Part shown: positions 51,229-63,316 of the stretch, piece after piece
Numbering within the stretch: the first letter of the stretch is position 1
Layout: every line of letters starts with the position of its first letter
Origin: Styela clava
Lineage: Eukaryota
Reading direction: 5' to 3'
NCBI RefSeq assembly: GCF_964204865.1
Contig: NC_135258.1
Span: 12,524,001 to 12,588,000 of the forward strand
DNA: 64,000 bases
Made by a program: the position numbers and the translations under genes
The notes under the pieces: generated by a model
Seen by the model: the letters and a program-made list of their open reading frames with translations, nothing else
The model's database searches: none
Told to the model about the DNA's origin: nothing

Positions 51229-52512
51229 ATGGATTTAGCTGTGCTTGTAAAAACAGCAAACTTTGCCGCTAAGAAACACAAAGACCAACGTAGGAAAGAT
51301 GTTTCAAAAACACCTTATATCAATCATCCAATAGGTATGTATGTATATACTGAGATGTCATATCCATTGCGACTTTTTTGCGGAAGCATCAACATAATTG
51401 CCTGCTTTGCGAAAGTCCACATAGTGTCATATTTGTAAGGCTTTAATCAGATACTACAACAGTAAATATGCAGTTGTACATGATGTTATATATGTGTGTA
51501 GTTCTCTTCTTTCCCCTAGTCAAAAAGCAGGAATTTCTCAAAGTGAGGCAAAACTTTGAAGGCTGGGTAAAGCTTTATAGAACTTTCTTTCTGAATGCAT
51601 ATACCTAAGATAATAATGGCTCAAACTGCTGCATTAAACTCTTTTTCAATCAGAAATCACCAGCTTGTGAATATTCATTTGCTATTCCCAACGAACACTA
51701 TAGATTTATCAAACTTTAAAATTAAGAATTTAATACAAACAGGGGTTGCAAACATTCTTTCTGAAGAGGGATGCATTACAGAACTTGAAGTTCTACAAGG
51801 AGCATTGCTCCATGATACTGTGGAGGATACAGATACAACATTAGATGAAATAGAAGAAATATTCGGCAAAACAGTAAGGTAAGACATGTTTAGGACCAAT
51901 CAGCAAAAACATAAATTACTCTTAAAACTACAGTGATAGGTTGATACAATTTTACATCCCGCTTGCTAATACAAACGGTACAACAGTAATAAATGTACTT
52001 GTGGACTTGAAAGAAGATGGCTGATCTTTTACACATTATTAGCAATTTGTAAACTTTTCTGCTTGACAGAGACATTGTAGCAGAGGTGACTGACGACAAA
52101 TCCTTGGCAAAACAAGAAAGAAAACGCCTTCAGGTTGTGAATGCACCACATAAATCGAGACAAGCTAAACTTGTAAAATTGGCAGACAAACTCTACAATC
52201 TCAGGGATTTATGTCGAGAAACACCAGAAGGTAATATTGGTATTTGTTTTACAGTGATTCTATTTATGGCACCAGTTTGGGATAATAATTATAATTTCAA
52301 AATAAATGATCAAAAAGGGTTGCATATTATAAGCTTAACACTAATAATACTCCATTCTAACGGGAAATTTATTTTTAGGTTGGACTGCTGAGAGAGTGCA
52401 GGAATATTTTGAGTGGGCATACCAGGTTGTATCTGGACTGCGAGGCACCAACGAAGCTTTGGAAAAACAACTTGATGAAATTTTTATATCAAAGGGTATT
52501 CATAAAGGATAA
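51229..52512 (+). CDS. HDDC3: HD domain-containing protein 3 / MESH1 ((p)ppGpp hydrolase, NADPH phosphatase), 4 exons
   Basis: Exons about 51229-51333, 51743-51878, 52070-52230 and 52379-52512: [68 protein letters not shown]. Confidence 0.96.
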
Positions 52513-52627
52513 AGTAGATTGCACACATAGAAAAAATACACACAGTTTTAGAACAAAAATTTGCAACCAGCAACCAGTTGTAGTGTAAAACAGGACTCTG
52601 TCCCCCAATGATTGCTAACGTGAACAT

Positions 52628-55600
52628 TCAACAAAATCTACTGCTTACAATGTGTAAAAACTTATCTCGCATGGCTTTTTTAAAATCAACATACCACCTT
52701 ATTAGGTTAATTCGAGACCGAACTTTGGCACGATGAGTCATTTCTTGAAATTCTTGAACTATATTGGGAAGCTCATTTTCCCAATTCTTGACAAAAATGA
52801 CAGGAGCACCATACTTTTTTAATAGTCTATATGGAGATGAGTAATTTTTATTCTCATTGTAGTCACAGGTGCCTTCTGACACGACATCCTCTATTACAGG
52901 TATGGAGCCAAGCTCCATTGCTTCATAAGTTCTGTAGCACTCTGAATTTCTTCCCGCAGGTGATAGTGTTAAATCGCTTGCTAGTAAAACATGCTGATAG
53001 TTTGTCATGCTTTCTGAATCCTCTTCCGGTACCCAGCTGTATTAGGCAGTACGAATGTTGATTGATGCATTAGTTAAAATACTTGGAAGCTATGAATATA
53101 TTTAGACCAGTGGTTCTCAAACGGAAGGGCGTAGACAATTTTTGAGGGGCCGTGAAGCTAATACAAATAAAAATATATTTTTGAAATAACATATTTTTTG
53201 AATAACATACCTTCTTACTGTTATTTGTACATTATTGTTAGCTAGTTATTTCCAAGGTAGGACGTGGCTTGAAGTTTGAGAACCACTGATTTAGACAAAT
53301 TAAGGTGCTCCCGAAGTATGCGAACCAAGATGGCGGACATCGGAACGTAACAGGTTAGGGTTAGGCAATAATTTTCTTCCAATTTTCCTTATTTTAGTCC
53401 TATTATCAGTTCGAAGACTAGCCAAGAGCCTCCCGTAGTATTTATACCTAAAATTATGGCCTAACCCTAACCTAGTACACATATTACATTCCGATGTCCG
53501 CCATCTTGGTTCGCATACTTCGGGAGCCCCCAAATTAAACCATGATAATATCATGTAAAATAACTATTGTTTTTTATGAACCATATAGTAATACCATAGT
53601 AGCACCAATCTAATCACTCTCATGTGGAGTCTTGACATGTTTTTATCGCTGTCGAAAACGAATTTTGAATTTTTAGAAAGTTTCAATGTTCATAAGAAAA
53701 CAAAAAAGCGTTGCATGTGCCAAATATGGCTCAGGATTAGGAGCCTGGTGTAAATTTTAGCCAACTCCAATAAAGCTTTGCTCATATGCATTTTCAATAT
53801 GCTATCACTTACTTTTCTCTTGTTTTTGTGTATTTCTTTGTCTGATTTTTTATATGTTTATGCACTGTATTCATCATACCAACTCTGGATGACCCATCAT
53901 ACACTGTACCAATAAAATTGAATACATATGGTCTTTGTGCACTTAAGTCCAAGAATTCTTCATTAAAATTTTGGAAATTCCTATATCTAAAAGTTGATTT
54001 GAATTTCAGAAATCAATTAATATGTTATTCCACTTTATAATCTATTACATAGACAGGCAGGCAGTTCTATATAGTATTTATTGTAAAATGTACTACTTCA
54101 CATCACTTGAGACTGATTGTAGTCAATTAGTCATAATTGAAAAATATAGTACTTTTACTCACGATGCCACTCCTAGAGGCCACTGGAAAACTAACTCATC
54201 ATCGACTAAAGTAGAATCATACACCATGAATACACATTTAATTCTGCTTTGTTGTAGGTACGGTTGAAGCCAATCATTATCACAAGTTTCGCTCCCAAGT
54301 AAAATAATTGCAACTTTTTCTATATATGCACTTTTCAATACATGATCCACCCACAGTTTTGCATTTGGAATCAGATTAGTATCTCTCGCATTGACGACCA
54401 ACACTATGTTGGGATTGGATGGTGTAAGAGCATAATCTGGTGTTAAACCATATCCAAGGTTATACCTATAGAAATAAAAGAATTATGTAAAATGAAGTGC
54501 TGTATTTAGATATTGTGGGAGATTAGAAGTTATCAAAACAAGAATCAAAATCCAAAGCTTCAGAGAAACTTCTAGGTCTGAATAAACTTTAAAATAATAA
54601 ACAGAGCTTCATGGATCTAGCTTCACACAAATACCGTTCAAATTGGTCAGGGACCACAAGAACTTATTTCAGACTTTGTGTAAATGTAACAAATATTAGG
54701 TTTGAAATTACAACTAAACTATGATAAAGCTGCTAGCATTAAACCCAGTGGTGAAATTCAAATTTTTTGTCAGCCGTTTCCTTCACAAAAGTCATATTTT
54801 TCAGCTGTTTCTGTTACAAACAGAACAGTAACCAGTAATGCTAACCGGTTCGCTGATCTCATAAAATTCCGTGAGACGGTCATATTGGACTGGCTGAATC
54901 CCACCACTGATTAAACCTAATGTTAAGAATAATTTGTACCCTATTTATATAGTATACTTTATAGAAAAGTTGTCAGTCTTCAATGAACTCTGTATCCATC
55001 CATTATTTAAATTGTATTGGGTTATTTCTCCATGAAGTATGTTTCTCCACAAATATATTCCCAAACCACATGTATCCCAGATAGCAAATTCGCATTGCTC
55101 TTGGTGGGAATCAACATTTAAGGTCCTGTCCCTGGGTACTTGAGATCCTTTGTGAATATATTGAAGTCATAAATGTACAACTATTTTCGATAATTACGAA
55201 CTGCAGAGGGCATACCACGTAAAAGTGGTGTATGCTAGTTCTGTAGTTATCTGCACCGCATAGTATCGTTCCTAATTTCATCCAGAGTATAACACAGTAA
55301 CAATACTGCAATAGGGTATGGATACATGAAACACATAAATTGACCCACTATATGATATTCTAAACTTAAGGAATTTGAAAGTTTTTAGGGAAGAAATTCG
55401 GGTCTAGTATAGTTTAGTACCACAAATACTTCCAGTGGGTGTAGCATAATGAATTTTGCATATGATATTCCTAACCCCTACCTGACTATGCTATCAAAAA
55501 ATTACGTCACTACGACGTCACCATCGCGTCATATGGCTTGCCGAAGTATAATTAACATCGCCCAAAATGGCATATGCGCCGCCGATAACGAACTCGCTAA

Positions 55601-56187
55601 CGCCGGCGATCTCTCTCTTATCGTGATCGTTGTGGCGAGCTAACGAGAGAAATAGCTTGCTCGATTTCGGGTGATCGTCTGCGCGTTTTGGATGACCATC
55701 CGCATACCTTGGTGGGCCTTATTACGCCACTGTGACGTTCAAATGACGTAATTTTTCGGTGATGTAGTTAGGTGGGGGTTAGGATTGACATATGCAAAAA
55801 TTGTTGAGCCAGGTCAACTAGAAGTACGTGTGGTACTAAACTATACCAGACCCAGAAATTCTACTTTGTATACTTAAGGTTTAGTGTAGTAGGCTAATAC
55901 TAATAATATTTACTTTTTTAGCATTATTATAATGCATAGAATGCACATATTATAAACTATTGAAAATGAAGTACAACAGGTGTACAAAAAAGATAAAAAT
56001 CAAGATTGTACTCAAGCTGTCAAGTTAAATCTGTAAATCCTACCTGAATTAGACTAATGAACCCACCTGGATATCTTTTCACACCAGTCTCAGATTTTGA
56101 CAGTGCTACATAGGCTCCGTACAACGAAACAAGTCCGTAAGAAACACAAACAAGCAACAATGTGAACCCCTGTTTCCACCGTTTCAT
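52628..56187 (-). CDS. RXYLT1: Ribitol-5-phosphate xylosyltransferase 1 (TMEM5)
   Basis: N-terminal type II TM (MKRWKQGFTLLLVCVSYGLVSLYGAY); IWDTCGLGIYLWRNIL; ILLGSETCDNDWL..VYDS..FQWPLGVA; SDLTLSPAGRNSECYRTYEAMELGSIPVIED. About 5 exons, boundaries partly approximate. Confidence 0.9.
53108..53288. mobile_element. Small hAT-type MITE
   Basis: TIR CAGTGGTTCTCAAAC / GTTTGAGAACCACTG; TSD ATTTAGAC on both sides. Confidence 0.9.
53304..53530. mobile_element. MITE family A, copy 2
   Basis: Near-identical to 975-1210; TSD CAAATTAA at 53296-53303 and 53531-53538. Confidence 0.9.
55400..55853. mobile_element. Foldback MITE with long TIRs and an 8-bp TSD in RXYLT1 intron 1
   Basis: GGGTCTAGTATAGTTTAGTACCAC ... 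GTGGTACTAAACTATACCAGACCC; TSD AGAAATTC; inverted symmetry extends more than 100 bp inward. Confidence 0.88.
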
Positions 56188-56406
56188 GCCCCACGACGTA
56201 CCGGTAGTGAACTGTGCAATTTCAATATATATTCGTATAAAATATACGTACCGGTACGTATAAAATTGGTAGTCACTACAAACTCTATGACCCCTTTCCT
56301 CTCCGGGATAAATATGTAAATCCTATCCTCATTCAGTTATAGCCTAAAAGTCCTATAGTGGTGGTAGCAGCGCATCGGAGGAGGGTTGGTAGCATAAAAG
56401 TCATAT

Positions 56407-57295
56407 TGGGGATGGCAAAATAGGGATGGCGAAATACGGTCGAAAGGTGGCAGATTAGGGATGGCGAAATAGGGACGAAAAGCCAAATTGGGGATGGCAA
56501 AATGCGGTCGAAGCGTGGCAGATTAGGGATGGCGAAATACGGTCGAATGGTGGCAGATTAGGGATGGCAAAATGCGGTCGAAGCGTGGTGGCAGATTAGG
56601 GATGGCAAAATGCGGTCGATGGGTGTCAGTTTTTGCCAAATCGACTGTCATAATGCGCTGTTTAGTATACAGATAACAATAAACAATTGCCTCAAAATGA
56701 CAAAGAAATATGGCCAAAGTGTTTAGATTTGGGGCTGATGAAATGGATTAGTACCTGTCAAATTCGGGCTGGGAAAACACAGTCGATGAGTGTCAAAATG
56801 GGATGGCGAAATGGGGTCGAAGCGTGGCAGATTAGGGATGGCGAAATGCGTTCGAAGCGTGGCAGATTAGGGATGGCAAAATGCGGTCGAAGCGTGGTGG
56901 CAGATTAGGGATGGCAAAATGCGGTCGAAGCGTGGTGGCAGATTAGGGATGGCGAAATACGGTCGAAGCGTGGCAGATTAGGGATGGCAAAATGCGGTCG
57001 AAGCGTGGTGGCAGATTAGGGATGGCGAAATACGGTCGAAGCGTGGCAGGTTAGGGATGGCGAAATACGGTCGAAGCGTGGCAGGTTAGGGATGGCAAAA
57101 TACGGTCGAAGCGTGGCAGATTAGGGATGGCGAAATGCGGACGAAGCGTGTCAAATTGGGGGTGGCGAAATAGGGTCGATTCCTGTCAGGTTAGAGATGA
57201 TGAAATATGGTCGATGCGTTTCAGATTAGGGAGGGCGAAATAGGGCAGTGGGTTGACGGGTGTCATGTTAAGGATGGCGAAATGCGTGTCAGATT
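56407..57295. repeat. 35/38-bp G-rich minisatellite in two blocks
   Basis: Unit GATTAGGGATGGCRAAATRCGGTCGAAGCGTG(GTG)GCA, roughly 20 units, interrupted at about 56620-56780. Confidence 0.92.
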
Positions 57296-59639
57296 TGGAA
57301 ACGAACATTGTCAAATTTAAGAAACTAATCTGATCAGTGTTTCACATTTTAAAATTCATTTAAAAGGTATTGTCCGATTTTACATCGTGTCTTTATTTTA
57401 TGATTAATTTTAATGTTTTATATATTATTACATTTTTTTCATCAAGTCTTGAACATTCTTTTTATATTTTTCTGATTAATAATTTTAATACAATCTTTTA
57501 ATGTTTGATATATTATTACGTTTCTCTCATCAAGTTTTGGGTACTCCTGAAGTATGCGCACCAAGATGTCGCACAACCTGAACCCTAACCTGGTACACAA
57601 CCTGAGTTCAGGTTGTGCGCCAGCTTGTTGCGCATATTTCAAGAGGTCTGCATTGGCTGGCATAGCATTGTGGATCGTGCCTTCATTTATGAGGTCATAT
57701 GTTTTATCTCTTTCGTCATGGAAATTTCAATTTTTCCCTGGTATTATTGACCCTACAATTTTTTACGCCACCCCGAAGCCTTCGATATTTCTATTCCAAA
57801 TACTGTTATTAAACAATTCTTTTCAATTACAAATTATTTAAATTGCTCAAATATATATGTAGAAGAATCCTGTTTTGCTTTAAAATATTTTTGGCATAAT
57901 TCACGATCACACTGCATGAAGAGTTCATTCTCCGTGTTTCGTTAATTTCAATTCTCAAAATTTCTTTCGAAGTTAATTGGTTTTATAATTTGAATATAAC
58001 CTTTTGATGTAAAGATGTGTTCGATATATTATGCTATAAAATGATTTTTATGATATTGGGTGAATTCCTATCTAGAGGAGAGTCTTTGAATAGGAATATA
58101 CGTTGTAGTATTACTCACTTTTGTATATATGATATTATTCATGAAAACGCGACAAACTATTTGAACTGCGTAAAAATGAAAATGCGACTTTTGTATAACA
58201 CTGGCAAAGAATCTACGAAAGGCAAGGTAATTAAACATAGGGATTTTGGTATAAACAGTTCAAAAACCAACTAATAGAAGATTTCAACACAAAATGTTGG
58301 AAACCACCAAATTCATCCATTTTATCGTTTCTCAGAAAGAAAATGTCGAAGACTAGTTTACTTTTTAGGAATCTTCTTGCATGCTTTACTTCTTGAGGAA
58401 CATAATTACCATTACTTGGTACAGAATCCAACCCATGTCTTACTGGATAGCGAAGGAGCAACTTATAAATTAATGTGTTACGTGTAACGCAAGTCTTGTT
58501 CTCTGTTGCAATTGAATTCCAAGGAAAGACGCATTTGCGACGAATTTTTCGTGCTGTTTGGAATAGGGTGGGTTAGACCTTGGTGCTATATATATCCGCA
58601 TTGTTTAATATTTAATGGTGCTTATAACTGGCGTAGTTTCGTGCACCGTTATTTCGCGTTCAAATGCGTTTGATGAGGGATTAATTTTGAGCTAGTAATA
58701 CGTTCAATATTCATATCTAATGATTGTAATATTTGTTCTGGTGAGTATAAGATACAAAAAGCCTTTCTAGATTTTCAATTGAAATCAAATGAAATTATAC
58801 TTTCAAAAACTTAAAGGCGAAATGTTTTGAAAACATTCTGCGCTGAGCAGGGTCTCTATAATTGTACGGACATTTAGCGAAATAAAGCCAGTGAAATACT
58901 TCCCTGAATATTGGACATTTACACTGGAGTCAAATTACTACTAATCTGCAACTGAAAATTTTCAACCTAATTGTTTTTGAACTTTACAAAACAATCTCAA
59001 ACATTTGATGGTCAGAAAACGCTAATGTTTCATGTAGTAGTCAGGGAACACGCAATTTGATGGGTTAGTCTAGCAGGAATGGCGAACCTTTTTAAAGAAT
59101 TGGGTCGAAAATTATTGTTGTATTGTAGAAAAGAAGACTGTGGTTCGTAGACAGGGTTGTCCAAAACGAACCAAATATTCGAATACATTTTCGGCTGATT
59201 TTCGAATAATATATAGTCTGTTTTTATCGTAAACACGGTTTTTCGTTTTTGCGGGAATCTTCAAACGATTTTACACATTCATTTCCATTACGTCAAGAAA
59301 TTGAAGATTATTCAATGTCGTAATTGTTATGATACCCAATAAATTGTCGCAAGTCGGAAAACAAGTCGATTTATTAGAGGTAATAATCAATACTTTTTCC
59401 CGCTTTATGGCAAATAATTTTGATAATGATATTTGAAAGTTTCGACTTTTTACTGGGATGATTTTCTGTTGTGCAAATTATTCATATCCATGACCGATAC
59501 CAGCATATAAAATTATTATGCGTTATTAATTTAGTTTTGTTTAACGTAACTTATGGTTGCGACGACAATTTGTGAGCATAAAATGTGTAGTGAACTGCCC
59601 GATATTATTCATTTTTGATTCCTATTTTCGGATTTACTG

Positions 59640-60020
59640 AATAATAAAAGTATTATTACTCTGAAATCTACTGGAATTTGTGGACTTAAAATGTGTGGCA
59701 AGGTGCCCGAATATAATTAATTTCTGATTCGTATTCACAAAATAATATTACTCAAAAATACACTACACGGACTTAAAATGTGTGGTAAAGTGCCCGAATA
59801 TAATTAATTTTTTATTCGTATTTACAAAATAATAAAAACATTATTACTCCAAAATACAACGGCAATTTGTGGGCTTAAAATGTGTGGTAAAGTGCCCGAA
59901 TATAATTAATTGCTGATTCGTATTTTCGTATTCACAAAATAATAAAAGTATTATTACTCCAAAATACAACGGCAATTTGTGGGCTTAAAATGTGTGGTAA
60001 AGTGCCGGAATATAATTAAT
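59640..60020. repeat. Tandem array of four units of about 87-110 bp
   Basis: GG(A/G)CTTAAAATGTGTGG(T/C)AA(A/G)GTGCC(C/G)GAATATAATTAAT at about 59682, 59769, 59871 and 59981. Confidence 0.85.
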
Positions 60021-60204
60021 GATTACGTCATTAATGATCAACGTCATTAATAAATGATTACTCATGATTACGTCGACTTATAAAAGAATAAAAGCGTTAC
60101 TATCCTAAAATATATATCGCAGTAATCTGTGAATATGAAATGCCTGGTAATATAGCCAGTTATTCCATTGTTTATTGCATGCAAATTCCTTCGCATATTA
60201 TAGA

Positions 60205-61866
60205 TAGGGGTGGGCGAAATCGAATATTTTTTTCGAATCGAATAGTTCGAATATTTTTAACGAATACCGAATAGTCGAATAACGAATTTTTTTTCATACA
60301 CAACAGGAGGTCTACAACGTCGGTCGATACTCCATTTGAAAATTAATAAAGACATTGAAAAATCGGCTACAAAGCGTTTTTTTACTGGTTAATTTCGTCA
60401 TAATCATGATTGTTTTTGTCACCGTGACCGTTTTTGCGGTGATATATAATCTATAATACCGCCCTTTCTGTTATTTGCAAGTATTAATTCTTCCGCGTCG
60501 GCGGACATCGACGTTTATATTTCGGGTTTACCCGTGCGTTCACGTCGGCAGCAGCTGTTAAAACCATAAAGGATTGATGTAAAAACCCAAATTAATATTA
60601 TTCTAATTTTTATCATTTGCGTTAGCTTTCATATTACTTTTCAACGTTTGTAAATTTACCGTCACAATATTAAGCGAACGGCGATATTATTATCGATACC
60701 GGGATGCAGATATTTATTAAGACAATACCGTAATTAACTTTGCTATGTTACTTTACAGATAAACCTCGCAGAGCTGCGATTGCGTCAATCCCGAATGTTG
60801 ATTTAAAATAGTGACTAAATAATTCGGCAATAAAGGCATTTCTGCGTGGCCATATGACGAGATGACGTTAATAAACAGCGCTTCTTGAATAATAATTTGC
60901 ATATGCGACCTAATGCTGAAAAAATTGCGCTTTTGTACTTTTGTGCCTAATAGATGGCCAGGCGCTATTTATAACTAACTCTTCCAAGTTCCGACGTTTT
61001 CTTTCAACAAACCGCGCGGTCATTATAGCTAATATCGTTACCGAGTAGTTCACAATTTTATTTACGGAATTTGCGAATTCACTTTTACTTCTCTTGACAA
61101 TTTTGACAATGTCACGCCCTATTTATTAGTGCAAAAATGCTCAAAATATAACGAATGTAATCATTTCCGACGATACAACAATTCGTAAACGAGACGGTGC
61201 GCGTTGTTACATCGAAATTCACGATTGATTTTACGCCATACTCCTGTTCACGATTTCTACACTCCACCCGCCATGCATGCCCGAGTGAAATGTTTACACT
61301 TTCGAAACATTATTTGGTCAAGAATGAAACGAATCACGAAAGAATTATTTGAAAGTACATTAAAAGAACTATGTCCTGCCATTTCTTTTCTGGTCATAGC
61401 TTGTTCGTGTTATACTATGTATATATCGTTTCACGCAAAAGTTAATTCAACTTTTAATTTTCGTTAAACAAATTTATGTTTGGTTTATTCATGAAACGGC
61501 TAATCACGTGCCGACAATCATACGGAGTTTAAAATCTGGAATATTTATTTTAAATACCTCATCAGATTTAACGTTTCTAAATTTAGGGAACGGTGTCGTT
61601 ACCTCTTTGTGCAACATAGGGAATTAAAATGAACGATCAAAACGCAAAGAAAACAAATAACACCACAACGCAAAAACGATTTTTCAAATTTGTCTGTTAG
61701 CGAGCGAGCTTGTAGGTGAATTCTCGCGCAATTCACGATCGGTTCACAGACGTTCCGTGTCCAAGCGAAGCGACGCAGATCACGTGGTACCCGATATTCG
61801 AATAGTAAAATGCCATTCGAATAATTCAATATTCGATTCGCTATTCGAATATTTCGCCCAGCCCTA
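60205..61866. mobile_element. Non-autonomous hAT element with TAGGG termini
   Basis: TAGGGGTGGGCGAAAT ... ATTTCGCCCAGCCCTA; perfect TSD ATTATAGA; subterminal CGAATA repeats. Confidence 0.9.
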
Positions 61867-63112
61867 ATTATAGATAAGCGTTTTTTGAACTTCAAATGTA
61901 TTCGAAACAGTGAACTATTCGGTATTGGCCACTCGTAGGTATTTAATTGATGAGAAACCCGCTGCCGCAATTTTTCCGTGAGACTCATAATCTTTGAAGT
62001 TGAAGGACTAAGGTAATATCTTGTACTCGATTTTATGTAATTTGTGTAATACTAATTACCGAAATATGTTCCAACGCTACGGTAAATATTCCCGTGGTTT
62101 CAAAAGAGCTTTGAAACGGGATTTCACTGTATGAGAATTGCATTTTTAGATTGGCATTTTTAGATTGTTGAAGTCACTACCACTCTAATCACAACCCCCT
62201 AACGACTACGTGATTGAAGAGGCGTTAGAAACTCTTCATTTCATTTTCAGTTTTCCACGATAAAAACAGTGAATGAGGAGGCCTCTTTATTTCATTTTAT
62301 TCAGTTTTCCACGATAAAAACAATCTCAAAACTTTCCAAGACTAGACTAACATTGAAAACATATTGAACGGTATATATGTAGGGATGAATTAAATGTCCC
62401 TGAACTAAATGACCAGAGAGTTTGACAAGCCCGTGAATCGATGCTCTAAGAACGACCAGAGATCGTAGGTTTTATGGTATTTTCAAATTTGAGGTAATGG
62501 CATTGGTTACTTAAGATATGTAAATGGTGAAGGACTCAAAGTAAGGTATAAGGCATTAAAAAGTGGTATAATGGTCTAGTTGTTGTCACTAAGTAGGTTT
62601 AAAAAAATCATCATCATTAATCATTTCAAAATTGAGCAACATTAAAGTTGGCTCATGTAATATGATATGATTTTGAAAGTTTTATATTATAGAAACGAAA
62701 GCGCACTGACATGAGAGTGAGAGTATATTCCTTCAAATGGCCAGAATGAATCATGTATACAGCACCTAATGAAAGTGATGAATTGAATATTCCCGTTTTT
62801 GAAGAAATACCGTTCACAAGCAACAAGAAATATATGACATTGGAAGGCATAGAGAGTGAGGGTTAAATGCTAATTGGAGTGCTTAGTATCAGCAATAGTG
62901 TCAGCATCAGCATTCAGCATTTCCCTGATTACAGGGAATTAATAAAAATAGAAGAAAGAACACCAATGTTAAATTATAAATTACAATAGTTTTTCATTCT
63001 GCTTTTAAGAAAATTACAAGCAGGACATTCATGAGAGAACACGCAAATTTTAGTGAACCATGCATGTTTATTCATACATGCGCGCAAGAAAGAAGTTGTA
63101 AACGGAAATAAA

Positions 63113-63316
63113 GGGTGACCGTACATTTGAACCCATGTACATTTGAACCCATGCGTATATCCACGGGTTCAATCTATATGCGGGTGCTAAAACCCATGGG
63201 TTAGGGTTAGTATGGGTTTAACTATCCGTGAAACAAAAAAAATTCCATAGGTGCAATAGCATACATGTGCAATTGTCATGGGTTCAAATGTACGTGGGTT
63301 CAAATGTAATGGAACC
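63113..63316. mobile_element. MITE with subterminal TACATTTGAACCCA repeats
   Basis: Inverted arrays of TACATTTGAACCCATG / CATGGGTTCAAATGTA; near-TSD GAAATAAA/GAAATAAT; internal GGGTTAGGGTTAG. Confidence 0.8.

Noticed and set aside
56407-57295. CRISPR-like periodic array
   Set aside because: Units are contiguous with no unique spacers, there are no cas genes, and the context is eukaryotic; it is a minisatellite.
58231-58461. 76-aa minus-strand ORF
   Set aside because: No recognisable homology or supporting exon chain.
97-62850. Most 60-130 aa ORFs in the supplied track
   Set aside because: They are antisense or off-frame shadows of real exons, MITE-derived, or random AT-rich ORFs.
62870-62925. 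Possible terminal exon (EMLNADADTIADTKHSN-stop) of a minus-strand gene beyond the right edge
   Set aside because: Too short, and no upstream exon could be confirmed within the window.
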